DNA of 64,000 nt from Chiloscyllium plagiosum (Eukaryota), in assembly GCF_004010195.1 (NCBI RefSeq), contig NC_057746.1:26125523-26189522 (forward strand), in the 5' to 3' direction. Position 1 is the first letter of the stretch; every line of letters begins with the position of its first letter. The translations under genes were made by a program, and so were the position numbers. Positions 24,401-36,400 of this stretch are shown here, in pieces. Under the pieces are notes generated by a model. That model was not told where the DNA came from. It searched no databases and saw only the letters and a list, made by a program, of their open reading frames with translations.

Positions 24401-27400
24401 CAAACAGGCAATGTTAAGGCAGCACATATCAACCATGGGAAACAAGATGAGCTAATAACAAAAAAAATGTCCATCAAAAACACATTGCAATAAACAACAA
24501 AAGAAATCAAAAATGAGGCAGTAACTTGAAGAAATGTAGGACAGCATTACATTAAAAGACTTGGAAGATCTCAATGCTGCAAAGGAAGGATTTGCAGGTT
24601 TAAAATTTAGGAAAGGGTTCCCTGCAAAAAATGATTAAAAGAATATGGAATGGGAATAAATCAGCCGAGAATCTAAAAATACATAAGACTTTTTGTCAGC
24701 AGAAGTAGATTAGCTGAAGTAAATGTTAACCTCATAGATGACTGGAGAAGTTACATACAAAACCTAAATATTGCAAATGCTGGAAATCTGAGATTATAAA
24801 CAGAAAGTGCTGAAAATATTCAGCAGGTCCATCAGTCCTAAAAGCAAAACGTCATCAACCGGAAATCATGAATACTTTTTGTCTTTGCACAGATCTCTCC
24901 GAACCTGCTACTCATTTCCATTACTTTCCGTTTTAATTTCACTTGATACGTTCCTGGGACAAGGGAATTCTTTTTTTGCTGCCTCTCAGACCCCTGGAAT
25001 CCGTGAAGGGCAGTGGCTTTCAGAAGCAGAGGCCATTCACCGACACACTGAGCGGGATTTCCAGCATAAGTGGATTCTACTCTGACCTATGTGACAGGCG
25101 AGTTGAGTGATACGGCTGAGGCAACTGACCGGGTGCACAAGACGATCCACAAACATGATAGGCATGTTTCTAGTCATTGTCAGCTGTCTAAGACACTCCT
25201 CCTTCCAAACCCTCAAACTGACCGAGAAAAAAACAATTACTTCACAATGATCATGCAACTGTTTCCTAGCCCATTATAAAGGATTGCGAAATGTGTACTG
25301 ATTCAAGCTTCTTTCCCACACACTCGCTCGACAGAGCCCTGGGGCTACCTGCATTAACCGTTCACAGTGCAGTCTAATGCACCCATTCTGTATTCACGAG
25401 ACTCTTTCCAGTGACAAAGACATTTGGCCTAATATGCATGTGCTTGTTCTTTAAGAGAGCAACTGACCCCAATTTCCCAGCAAAGTTTCCCTTCATGCAC
25501 ATGTCCAATTGCCTTTTGAAAACTACTTTAGAATCTAATTTAATCAATCCCTCAGGTTCCGTTTCAGATCTCGTGTGATTAGAAATGTCTCTGCATTTCA
25601 CTTCTAATCATTTTAAATCTACGACTCCCCTGCATGCAGAAAAAACTGCTTTGCCTGATTTTATCAAAATCCCTCATAGTTATGGTTATCACTTCTTGAT
25701 CTGCCCTCAACCGTCTCTAGTCTCTCCATTCTCTCCAGAGAACTAAATTCTCCAGTCACAGGTATTGTCCTGGTAAATGTGCTATTCTCAGGGCCTTGCC
25801 TTCCTTCCCAGAATTAGGTCCACACGTCAGTTTAAGCCCAACCAGAGAACTGCAAGGTTTACTATGATTTCCTTGCAATTCTGCTCAATGCCCCACTTAC
25901 AAAATCAAGTACCACGTTTGAGTTGAGAAAAGCGTTCTGTCACCATACCTGAGCCCGCGCTAGCTGCTGCCATAGCCTGCTGGGTAATCTGGTGCATGAT
26001 GGTCTGCATGAATTCAGGTGTTATTCCCGGGACCTGAATGTGAGGCATGGCACCTGAATAAGAAACAGTAGTGGTTATACGCAGATGCAACATTTGCACA
26101 TCAGCAAACAATGCAGACAGATCTGCAGGGCGTCGTTTAACTTGTAAAACGATTATCACACAACACTTGAAATGAGGTAGGAGAAAGTGAGGACTGCAGA
26201 TGCTGGAGATCAGAGCTGAAAATGTGTTGCTGGAAAAGCGCAGCAGGTCAGGCAGCATCCAAGGAGCAGGAGAATCGACGTTTCGGGCATGAGCCCTTCT
26301 TCAGGATTCCTGAAGAATGGCTCATGCCCGAAACGTCGATTCTCCTGCTCCTTGGATGCAACTTGAAATGAGGTACCAGGACACATGAAGAAAAGCTGGG
26401 TCAAAGAAATAAGTAGCATTTTAAAAGGGGAGTGCGTGGTTGTGAGGGGTCTAGAGTTCAGAACGTGCCGGCCCCAGGAAGGCCAAGGCAAGACCCACGT
26501 TAAACAGGCTCTTCAGTCCAACTTGTCTGTGCTGACTAGATATCTCAAATTAATCTAGTCCCATTTGCCAACATTTGGCCCATATCCCTCTAAACCCTTC
26601 CTATTCATGTACCCATTCAGATGCCTTTTAAATGCTATAATTGTACCAGCCTCACCACCTCCACTAGTAGCTCATTCCATAAGCGCACCACCCTCTGCGT
26701 GAACAAGATGCCCACTGGTCCTTTTTTAAATCTTTCCCTTCTCACCCTACACCTATGCCCTCTAGTTCTGGACTCCCCCACCCCAGAGAAAAGACCTTGT
26801 CTATTTATCCTATCCATGCCCCTCAATTTTATAAACCTCTATAAGGTCACCCCTCAGCCTCCGACACTCCAGGGAAAACAGGCCCAGCCTATTCAGCCTC
26901 TCTCTTACAGCTCAAACCCTCCAACCCTGGCGACATCCTGGTCAATCTTTTCTGAATCCTTTCAAGTTTCACAACATCTTTTCTATAGCAGGGAGACCAG
27001 AACTGAACACAGTATGTGGTGCTGAGATTAAAATCTAGGATGCCAGAGGGTCAGAATTGGGAGGTTTGTTTTGGGGTGGGTGGGCAGGCAGTGACATTGA
27101 AAGCTTGGGATAGGTTTGGGGAATGATGAAATTAAGCTTAAATTCAGTAAGCAAGACACATTTAAAGAGGTGAGAGGAAGACTCTGGGTTCAAGGTTTGT
27201 GTAAAGATTTGTCACTCGGATGCTGGTTGCAGCAGTTGTAGTTCTGTTCACCAACCTGGGAGGTTGATTTGCAGACATTTCATCCCCTGTCTAGGTGACA
27301 TCCTCTGTGCTTTGGAGCCTCTGGTGAAGCACTGCTGTACTGTCTCTTCTGGAATGTATTTGGTTCCGTTTCTGCTGCTTCCGTTTGCTCGTTGTACTGA

Positions 27401-30400
27401 CCGGTGTACTGGGTCTAGATCTGTGTGTCTCAATGCATAGACCCAAATATACCGGCCACTACAACGAACAACCAGGACTGGCAATCGGAAACAGCAGGAA
27501 CAGAACCACATACATTCCAGAAGGGACAGTACAGCAGCGCTTCATAGAAGGCTCCAAAGCACAGAGGATGTCATCTGGATAGGGTACAAAATGTCGGCAA
27601 ATCAACCTCCCAGCTTGGTGAACATAACCCACAACTACGATAAGACTCTGAACGTGATGATAATTAGCCATCTGAATTTTGAGTTGAGGAGTGGGTGCAG
27701 TGGCAATTACTCAATTCGCCCTTCTCTGTCAGAGGGATCCTTATAATTGTTATTTTGGCGTGACGGAGGAAGGGGCAGAATTATTTTAAAAGAGCTTAGA
27801 CCTACTTTCCACACAGGCGAAAAAAAAAGGCTTTTCTCGCTTATTTCTAATGCCTATACAGAAATTTTTTGTAAAGGTTAAGGTTGAATAAGGGCTGAGG
27901 TCATTTATCAGTTTTATTGCGATTTTTTTAAAAAAAATTCTTTCATGGGATGTGGGTGTTTCTGGGGAGGCTTCCATGTGAAATGGACCTGGAGAAGGTG
28001 GTGGTGATTTGCCTTGTACCCCTGCAGTTCTCAGGGTGCAGGTATACCCACAGTGTTATTTGCCAGGGATTTCCAGGATTTTCAACCATATATACTGTCC
28101 GAAGAGCGATATTTATACAAATTGGAACGTATGCTGATTTGAAAAGGTACTATGTTGCTACGTTCTGCTATCTTTGTCATTTTAGCTGGTAGAGGTCACT
28201 GGTTTGAAAGGTACCAACTTGATGAAGTTGCTGCAATGCATTTTATGTATGTGCACACTACTGCCATTATGTGGTGTGGTAGAGGACAATGAATGCTGAA
28301 GGTGGTAAGACAGGATGCTGACCCAACAGATTTTCCATTGATGACGGTGAATGATGAGCAGTGCTTCACCCGGAGGCCCACTGAAGATGTTGCCTAGTAG
28401 GGTGACGAAACTTCTGGAAATGAACCTTCCAGCTCAGCGAGCAAACCTCAACCTGAGCAAACATCCAGAACCTCAACCTGAGCTACAAATCTTCTCAAAA
28501 CTCACTGAACTTCTTCAGTTTTGTTGGAGCTGTGCTCACCCAGGCAAGCAGGCAGTATGCCAGCCTTGATGGCCAGGTTTTTATGGAGATAGGGTGGTCA
28601 GTTATTTTCTGCCCAACTCCCAGCCTCTGGCTGGCTCGTACAGTCAGTACTGATAACGCATGCGCGATTAAGTTTCTCACCAATGGTAACCCACAACCCC
28701 ATCTCAAGATGTTGAAGATATTGGACTTAGTGACGATAATTTCACTGTTAAAGAAAGATGTCAGTGTCAGGTTAGAGAGCAATTGTCTGGCAGTCGTGCA
28801 GCACAAATTTTACTAATTAGCAAACACATTTCCTCCTCAACCTTACGGAAGACTGGAGAGAAGGCCCATCAATGAATCAGCTGAAAGTGTGCATTAACCA
28901 GAGACTTGGGAGGTGTTTAATAGAATCTCTGAACAGGTTGATTAGAAAATATCTATTCTAAGGAATTCTTGCAATAATGCCCTGGGGCCAAGATGACAGA
29001 TCTCCACAACCATTTTCCTCTGCACTTCTTCCGATTGCCTTCAGTTTTGCTGAGCTTTCTGATGCCACACACGGTCAAACTTTGTCTCAACAAGGACAAG
29101 TCGTCACCCAGTGAATTCAGCTCTTTTGTCCATTTGTGAACCTAGGCTGCCATAACTCTTGGAGCCCAATGCCCTCAGTGTGAGTCAAACTGCTTAATGG
29201 TAAGCAGGTTTGTCCTATTTAAATGCTGCTCATTAACGTAGTCAGTTACACCTTCCATTACTTTTCTGATGATTGAGAACAAAATTAATCCAGATTAGAT
29301 TTGTTCATTGCTTGTGGAGAGGACACACCTGGGAAATTTTCCACACTGTCAGGCAGGCGTCCATTTTGTAGCCATACTGGAACAGTAGTGAATATTATAA
29401 GAAAACAATAAAAAGAATTCAGATGAAGTGGATAATTTTGTTTTTTTCTTCTTCTTTTCAGTTGCCAAATTCAAGGAGCGAAGACTAACATTCAAAAAGG
29501 TGCTGACAGGGAAGAATGAATAAACTCCACTGCATCTCAAATTGGATCATCAGTGCAGATAGCAATAGAAGGTGTTGACTGAGCGGAATTAGTGCCTGAC
29601 GGCAGGACTCAAGTTACACTTCCAATGCAGCTGCAGCCAACAGTGGTTTCTGAGAAAGGAACAAGATCAGAAGACAGAGACCCAACCCAAACAGCATTGA
29701 GGACATACAGTTTCAATTGTGCACTCCAGGAAAAGGCAACAGATTCAACAAAATATCAAGAAAGGAAGATTCTGTAAAATACAATACTTTTGAGATTAGA
29801 CATCATAGGATATTAACAGCAGCAAAAGCAAAGTGCAGGATTTTTCCTTTTGAAAAGAAGTAACTGCACTCAGTTCGGCATCAAAGTTCACACAGCCAGT
29901 TTCAATTTCAGAGACATTGGTACAGCCTCCTTTGAGAGGCGCAGATATCCTAGGGACAGGGAAAACAAAACAGTGAACAAGTATTTCACCTCAAATTCAG
30001 ATGTCTGTGATATCCTGTCTTATTAGCGACAGAACTTCTCGACACAAAATGTCTTAGTAGATACATACCCACTGAAACTCTACCAGAGGTAGTGCATGGT
30101 GAATACAGTCAACTTTGTCTCAAAGACAAGAATTTGCAAATAGTACTTAATTATCAAAAGTATTGAGGCACTGAGTTTACCTTCAACTTAGAAAGAGTCT
30201 TTATAGAAAACATTGGTACAACTTTCGCCTCAGTTGCTGACAGACATATTTTCAGTCTGCAGTACATGCCTCTAGTTTTATCCAATGCTTTTGGGGAAGT
30301 GGAATGAATGCTTTATGGTGGTGCTGCTGCACTAGCTAGGCACTTACCTGGGCCAGAATTTCCTGTTGTTGATGAAGCAGTTGCAGAAGCATTCCCTGGT

Positions 30401-33400
30401 GTAGCAGAATCTACGCAGTGAGAGAAAAAAAAAACACCTTTTGGAACACATTATGATACAGCTGTGTGCTATGATGGTTTCATGGTTAATACTTTTTTTG
30501 TGAACTCAAAGATTGTAGAGGCCTAGATTTCTTTATTTTTAAAAAAAGAGATCCAACGAAAGGGAAAACATATGACTAATTTTGTGACTGGGGTTTGCAT
30601 CTGTTTTGTTTGACTTGTGTTTTGCAGGCTTGGAGATAGTTTTGAGTTCAATCGAGAGAAGCCTATTACAGAATAAGCTGTCCATTACTCCTGGTTCTGA
30701 AACAACTTGATGGTTAATTCAGCGCAAAACCCGACTGACCGCTTGAAGAGCAAGCGACTGACAAGAGTTCAGTCTGACTGATGTGATTCCTGAGCAAGCG
30801 GCATCTGCCAAGCTGCCAGAGACAATTGCCCATGTTTGGTGACATGTTACAGAACATCATACCAACATTTTGAATCTTAGCAGTTCTTGATAGCAGAAAC
30901 CCCTGTTGGCCATGGGTGTTTTCACCCCTACAAAATGAATCTCTGCAACACATTTTTACTTTTGTCTGGTGTGCGCGCGCATGTGCAAGAGAGAGGTTAG
31001 AAAGGTAAATATTTTTACTTTCATATTACAAACTAAGGATGTTAATCAATTTTACAGTCTCATTGAATAAATTGTTTTTAAAAAAATCAATAATTTTGAT
31101 TTTATTAAAGAATTGGATGTCTGGATGGATTTTTTGTATTCTAAGTTTAATGTAGAGAAAGTGTATGGCTGTTTTAACCAGTTGCCCTTATGACCAGTTA
31201 AATGTATAGTAGTGGGACTATATAAAGGCAATGCACTGTGATGTGAGATAATGTTAAGTGAATGAGAAACACTCGTGCCAATTGTGTCTCATGGGGAGCA
31301 GGTGGGGGGGGGGGGGAAGAGAGAGAGAACTCCTTTAACTTAGACATCAGGACATCAAGGGATCGTCAATACCACAATGGGGGCAAGAGTTAAATAACAT
31401 CTCACTCATGCATATCCCTCAAGTCCTAGACAAAAGCAACTAGAAATCCAGTACGGACATCTTCTTGCCATCACAGCCCGACCATACCTCCTTGAAGATT
31501 CATCTGCATCATGACAACGGGCTCCATGGTTTGATGTGTAATGCGGATGACCCGGGGATGTGGAGTCTGGGTCTGAGCCTGGGAGCCCTGAGTCTCCGGC
31601 GCTTCCCGTGACTCCGGGCCCTGTGGCTGGGCAGCAGGAGTGGCATTGGCAGTGGGGGAGGCCGCTGCCTGACCCTCAGCCGTGTGCTGTGTCCGGTTGC
31701 CGTTGGTCGTCATGGTGACTGTCGTTCCAACATTGATCTGCTGAAATGGCGAGAAATTGCTATTTTAGTATCCGGGAGGTGGGACATGCACATACGGTGG
31801 CAAGGTTTTAGGCTATGTACACGCTTTGAAAGAGATCCACCACTGACAGAAGCATTCCCCTTGTCCCGCACCAGTGGCTGGGCATGCTACTTTAACCCTT
31901 ACCTTCAGGTAAAATGTTGGCCACTTGTATCCGAGACACGAAAGAATATCTTTAGCCAAGAGGGCTCAGAATTGTTGGAATTCTCTGCAGAGAGGCAACT
32001 GCTGCTTGCGACGCTTTCCAACAGTGGTTGTAAATGACGGGAGAGCTCACAGACCAAGATGCTTCCAAGACCCATCACTGACAGACTCACCTGCACTCCT
32101 GCATACCCGAAGAGCCAGTGTGCAGTAACTCACCTGAATGGGCACAGCCTGCTGCAGCACTACAGGTGAAGCGTAATGGGACATAGGCCTCACCACATGC
32201 AGGTGACGGGGAGTGTTAGCTGCCAAGTTGCACCTGAGGTCAGACAGAGCCACGAAGGTGTTGCCCAAGAAACGAAGGGCTTCGCCGACAAGGTTGATGA
32301 TCCTCTGGTCTTCTTCTCTGCCTTCAGTCTGTTGGAAGGGCGGGTCAGAAAGGAAGGTTACGAGAAATATCGCACAACACACATTCATCTGATTTCTCCC
32401 AGTGCCCAGTTTGCGTTTCTAATTCTTCTGAAAGATGCTGACCATGCTGGAGGTGGTACAATTCCATGCAGAAGCAATTGTCATTTACATCCCAGCCCAG
32501 GTGAGTATACTTCAAATATGAGCCTAGACAGTAAGTCAGGCTTACACGATTTCAGGCGATTTAAATCCAAATACAGCATTTTTAATTCCCAACCACTTAA
32601 AGCAGGCTGGGGATTCCATGTCGCACTGCTAAGGGTTGTGATGCGATATCAGCTTGTGCTTCTGTACAATAGGCTACATGGGGCATTTATACAGTCAACT
32701 GATGCAACTCACCACTGACCATTCCCAGACAGCCTGGAGTCAAACAAAAACAGGAAGTGCTGGAGGAACTCAGCAGGTGTGGTAGCGTCTGTGAAGAGAA
32801 CTTCATCAGAATTGGAGGGTTGCTGACCTTGAAATGTTAACTCTGTCTCTCTCCTCCGATGCTGCCAGACCCGAGTTCCTCCAGCATTTTCTGTTTTTGT
32901 TTAAGATTACCAGCATCATTTCTGCCTACGTACAAATTCAGCAACACAGCAGAGGGGAAGGCACACTGCAGGAGGAGCAGAATTTGTTTCCAGCCACTTA
33001 ATGGTTTTGTGAAAGCTACTTTCATTGGAATGCAGCAGGTTAAGGGACAGTTTCAATGAGGTCTTTAGGATTTTGCTTAACATAGGGTTGTTGAAAAGGG
33101 AACATTTCCTGCAGGCGGGGGATAGCCAGGACAGGACTACATTATCTTCAGTGCTCAATATCATGATGGGTCTGGACAGAGTAGATAGAGAGGAATAGTT
33201 CCTACTGGCAGAAGGGTCAGGAAATAAAAGTCACCAGCTTAAGGCAATTAGCTTAAGAAACAACAGTGACACAAGGAAAATCTTTTAACAAGTGATTAGG
33301 ATATGGAACGCCTTGAGGGTGGGGTAGAGGTGGATTCAATGCAAAAGAAAATGGGCTAATAATGTACAGAGGGAAAATTGACAGCTTTACTAGGAAAGGG

Positions 33401-36400
33401 CGGAACAGTGGAAATCAGGTGGGTTCCTCTTCCACAGAGCTGGCATAGACACAATGAGCCAAATGGCTGTAAATGCAAAATCAAGAGACTGGTTCAAAAG
33501 TCAGGAAACGTTTCGCTACATCAAGGATAGATGAAACGTCTCACAATGAAGCACGAGCTGCTAACTCAACTAAGAACTTTTAACTCAAGAACAGATTTCT
33601 GATAGCCTGGGAAACGGAGCCGAGGCAGGTGTATGGAAGCTGAGCACAAGAATGACAGTGAATAACACAATAGACAGACTGTCAACCAATGCCACCACCC
33701 CCCCATCCTCAGATGCCTTGGTTCCCTCATGGTCCAAGAGTTTATTGATCTCAGTTTTAAATGCACCAAGCGTTCACACAACTCCGTGGGATGGGTAATT
33801 CCAAAGATTCGCCACTGAAGAAATTGTTCTCTGGCCTAAATGGCACTTATCCTGAGGTAAAGTTTGGAAGTTGGACACCTTTCACCAGCGGAACGGGAAA
33901 CACAAACACAAGCGCGCGCACACGGACACACACAGACACACACACACAAAACTTGGTGGCATACGTTGTTGTTGTAATCCGCGGTCGTGGCCGTGCTCAG
34001 GATCTCTTGGTACCGCTGAACAAATGGTTGCAGTCTCGCTTCTACCCTCTGGAGCTCAGTCAGAACCTCGAGGTACTCTGTGGGGGATGGGTGGCTGTGA
34101 AAGAGAGAGCAAGGAGTCAAAAACAAAATCTATGTAAGTTCTGAATGATGAACTGGCCGTTTTACCAGCTTGACTTCTCGCTGCATTTCCTGGTTTCCTC
34201 TTTCTGAAAGAAAAACCCTTCACCATTCAAATGGTCTACTGCCATATCCTTTCCATCCTACTCATTCATTAATTATTTCCTTTCAGATTAATATGTTCTA
34301 TTCTTAACCCAAAGTTCATACCTTTCAATTTGTGGCCACTAGGATTTGAACAATTGAACCAGTAATCAACTTATTTTCTGACTGAACAGATTGTAGTTTA
34401 GATTATAATACTTAGCACTTTTGCCTCTGAGTCACAAGGGGTCCAGATCCCACAGTAGGACGCAAGCACTAAAATCAACTTTTGACAGCCTAACGCAGTA
34501 CTGAGGAAATGCTGCACTGCTGAAGTGCCATCTTTACAGTTAAATCAGGTGCGAGATCAAGGTCCCATTGTCTGCTCAGGTGGATGCAGAAGATTCCTTG
34601 GCGCAATTTCAATGGAAGACAGGGAAGCCAGCCCCAGTGACCAATACTGATCCCTCAATCAACATCACAAAAGCCAACTGATATCTAGTTATTGTCACAT
34701 TGCTGCTTAAGAGCTTGCTGAGTGAAAACCGGCTGCTGTATCTTCAACAGTGACTAAACTGATAAGTACTTAATTAGCTGTAAAGGTCATCCAATGGTCA
34801 CGAACAAATGCCAAGTGGATGCTACAGTCTTCTTTACTCACCTCTAAATTTCGCTCTTTGTAAACATTACTTTTTTAGAAGAAATTCAATTGTAGTCTTT
34901 TGATAGAATATGCTCGAAGCATTACTGACGATAATAAATTTTCACAAAACATTTCACCTTGTGCTCATTCTGGGTGTACGTTTGCTCGCTGAGCTGGAAG
35001 GTTTGTTTTCAGACGTTTCATTACCACACGAGGTAACATCTTCAGTCCTTCATCCGGAGGCTCACTGATGATGTTACCTAGTACGGTGACGAAATGTCTG
35101 AAAACGAACCTTCCAGCTCAGCGAGCAAACCTACATCCAGAACCTCAACCTGCGCTACAAACCTTCTCAAAACTCGCTATCTCGTACTCATCCAGAGTAT
35201 TCACCTGAAATACCAAAGTAAAAAGGGGAAAGGACTGATTGTTTAGCAAGTGACATCGACTGGTAGACGTACTATCTTGGAAAATGTTGCAGTTAGAACA
35301 TGACTGATAGTTAACTACCAAACTTCGTTTAAATGATAAACCAAGCAGGTCGACTGATTAGCCAAGGCACTGCCTTGAGAAATTAAGCAGAGCATGGCTG
35401 TCACCACTTTGTTGAGTTGAAACAGGCACTACATGTGCATGACCTTTCTGTCCACAAAGAACAGGACCGCGCCTATTCCCCCAAATGTCCAGCAAGTAAC
35501 TGCATATCCCCTTCAGCTGCTCTCCAACTGGCCTGTCCTTTCAAAATTCACAATGCAGCGCATTAGATACTGGATATTACACATACCAGACGTGTACCCG
35601 TGGTTGGAACACCATTTGCTAAATAACCCTGTGTGAAGACTTATGCTGACTACTGACGGTGGATGGTCAGTCATGCTTGCAGTTGTGTGTACTTAAAAGT
35701 TACTTATAACAATACACAGGGTATTGTTCTTTTCAGACAGAAAGAATATGTAAACTCAGTTGCATCAAACCACAAAAGAAAAACCACTAAGAATGCATAA
35801 ACCACACTGAGTGTCATGATTCCAGGTGGCGACTCACCAACACCATCTTCTCAAAAGGCAATTTAGGAACAGACAAAAAATGGTGTCTGAGTGAAATAAA
35901 ACGCGACTGAGGCGGCCATGAGCAGGCACACAAGGGGTGGCCCCAGCTAACCTACTACGAAACCCCGGTGACCCCAGAACTTTGCTCAGAAAGAGCTCTA
36001 GCAAGCAATTCACTTAACCATGTTATTCTCAACATCCAGCAAGAAAAATTCACTGATTTTTCTTTTCAAAAATCAAATGCAACCACAAAAGACTTAGGAA
36101 ATGAAAAGCACAGGAAGGAAGCAGATTTGTTGTACATTCGCCTTACCATTAGCAATGGGCAGAGTTTTCCTGCCCTGTTGGAAACACCAGGCAGAGACCA
36201 CCTCCTCTGCTTTTTTTTTTTCAAGCCATCTGATCACTGGCGAGAGTTTAGAGTCACCAGAACATTTCACACTTGTATGGTAAATACTGGTTAAAAAACA
36301 AACAGCCATCTACTATAGCTCAGTCATAATGAAAGACCCCATAATAGAGGCAGCATGGCAACTGTACAGGAAACACCACCACCAGAACATTTCACACTTG

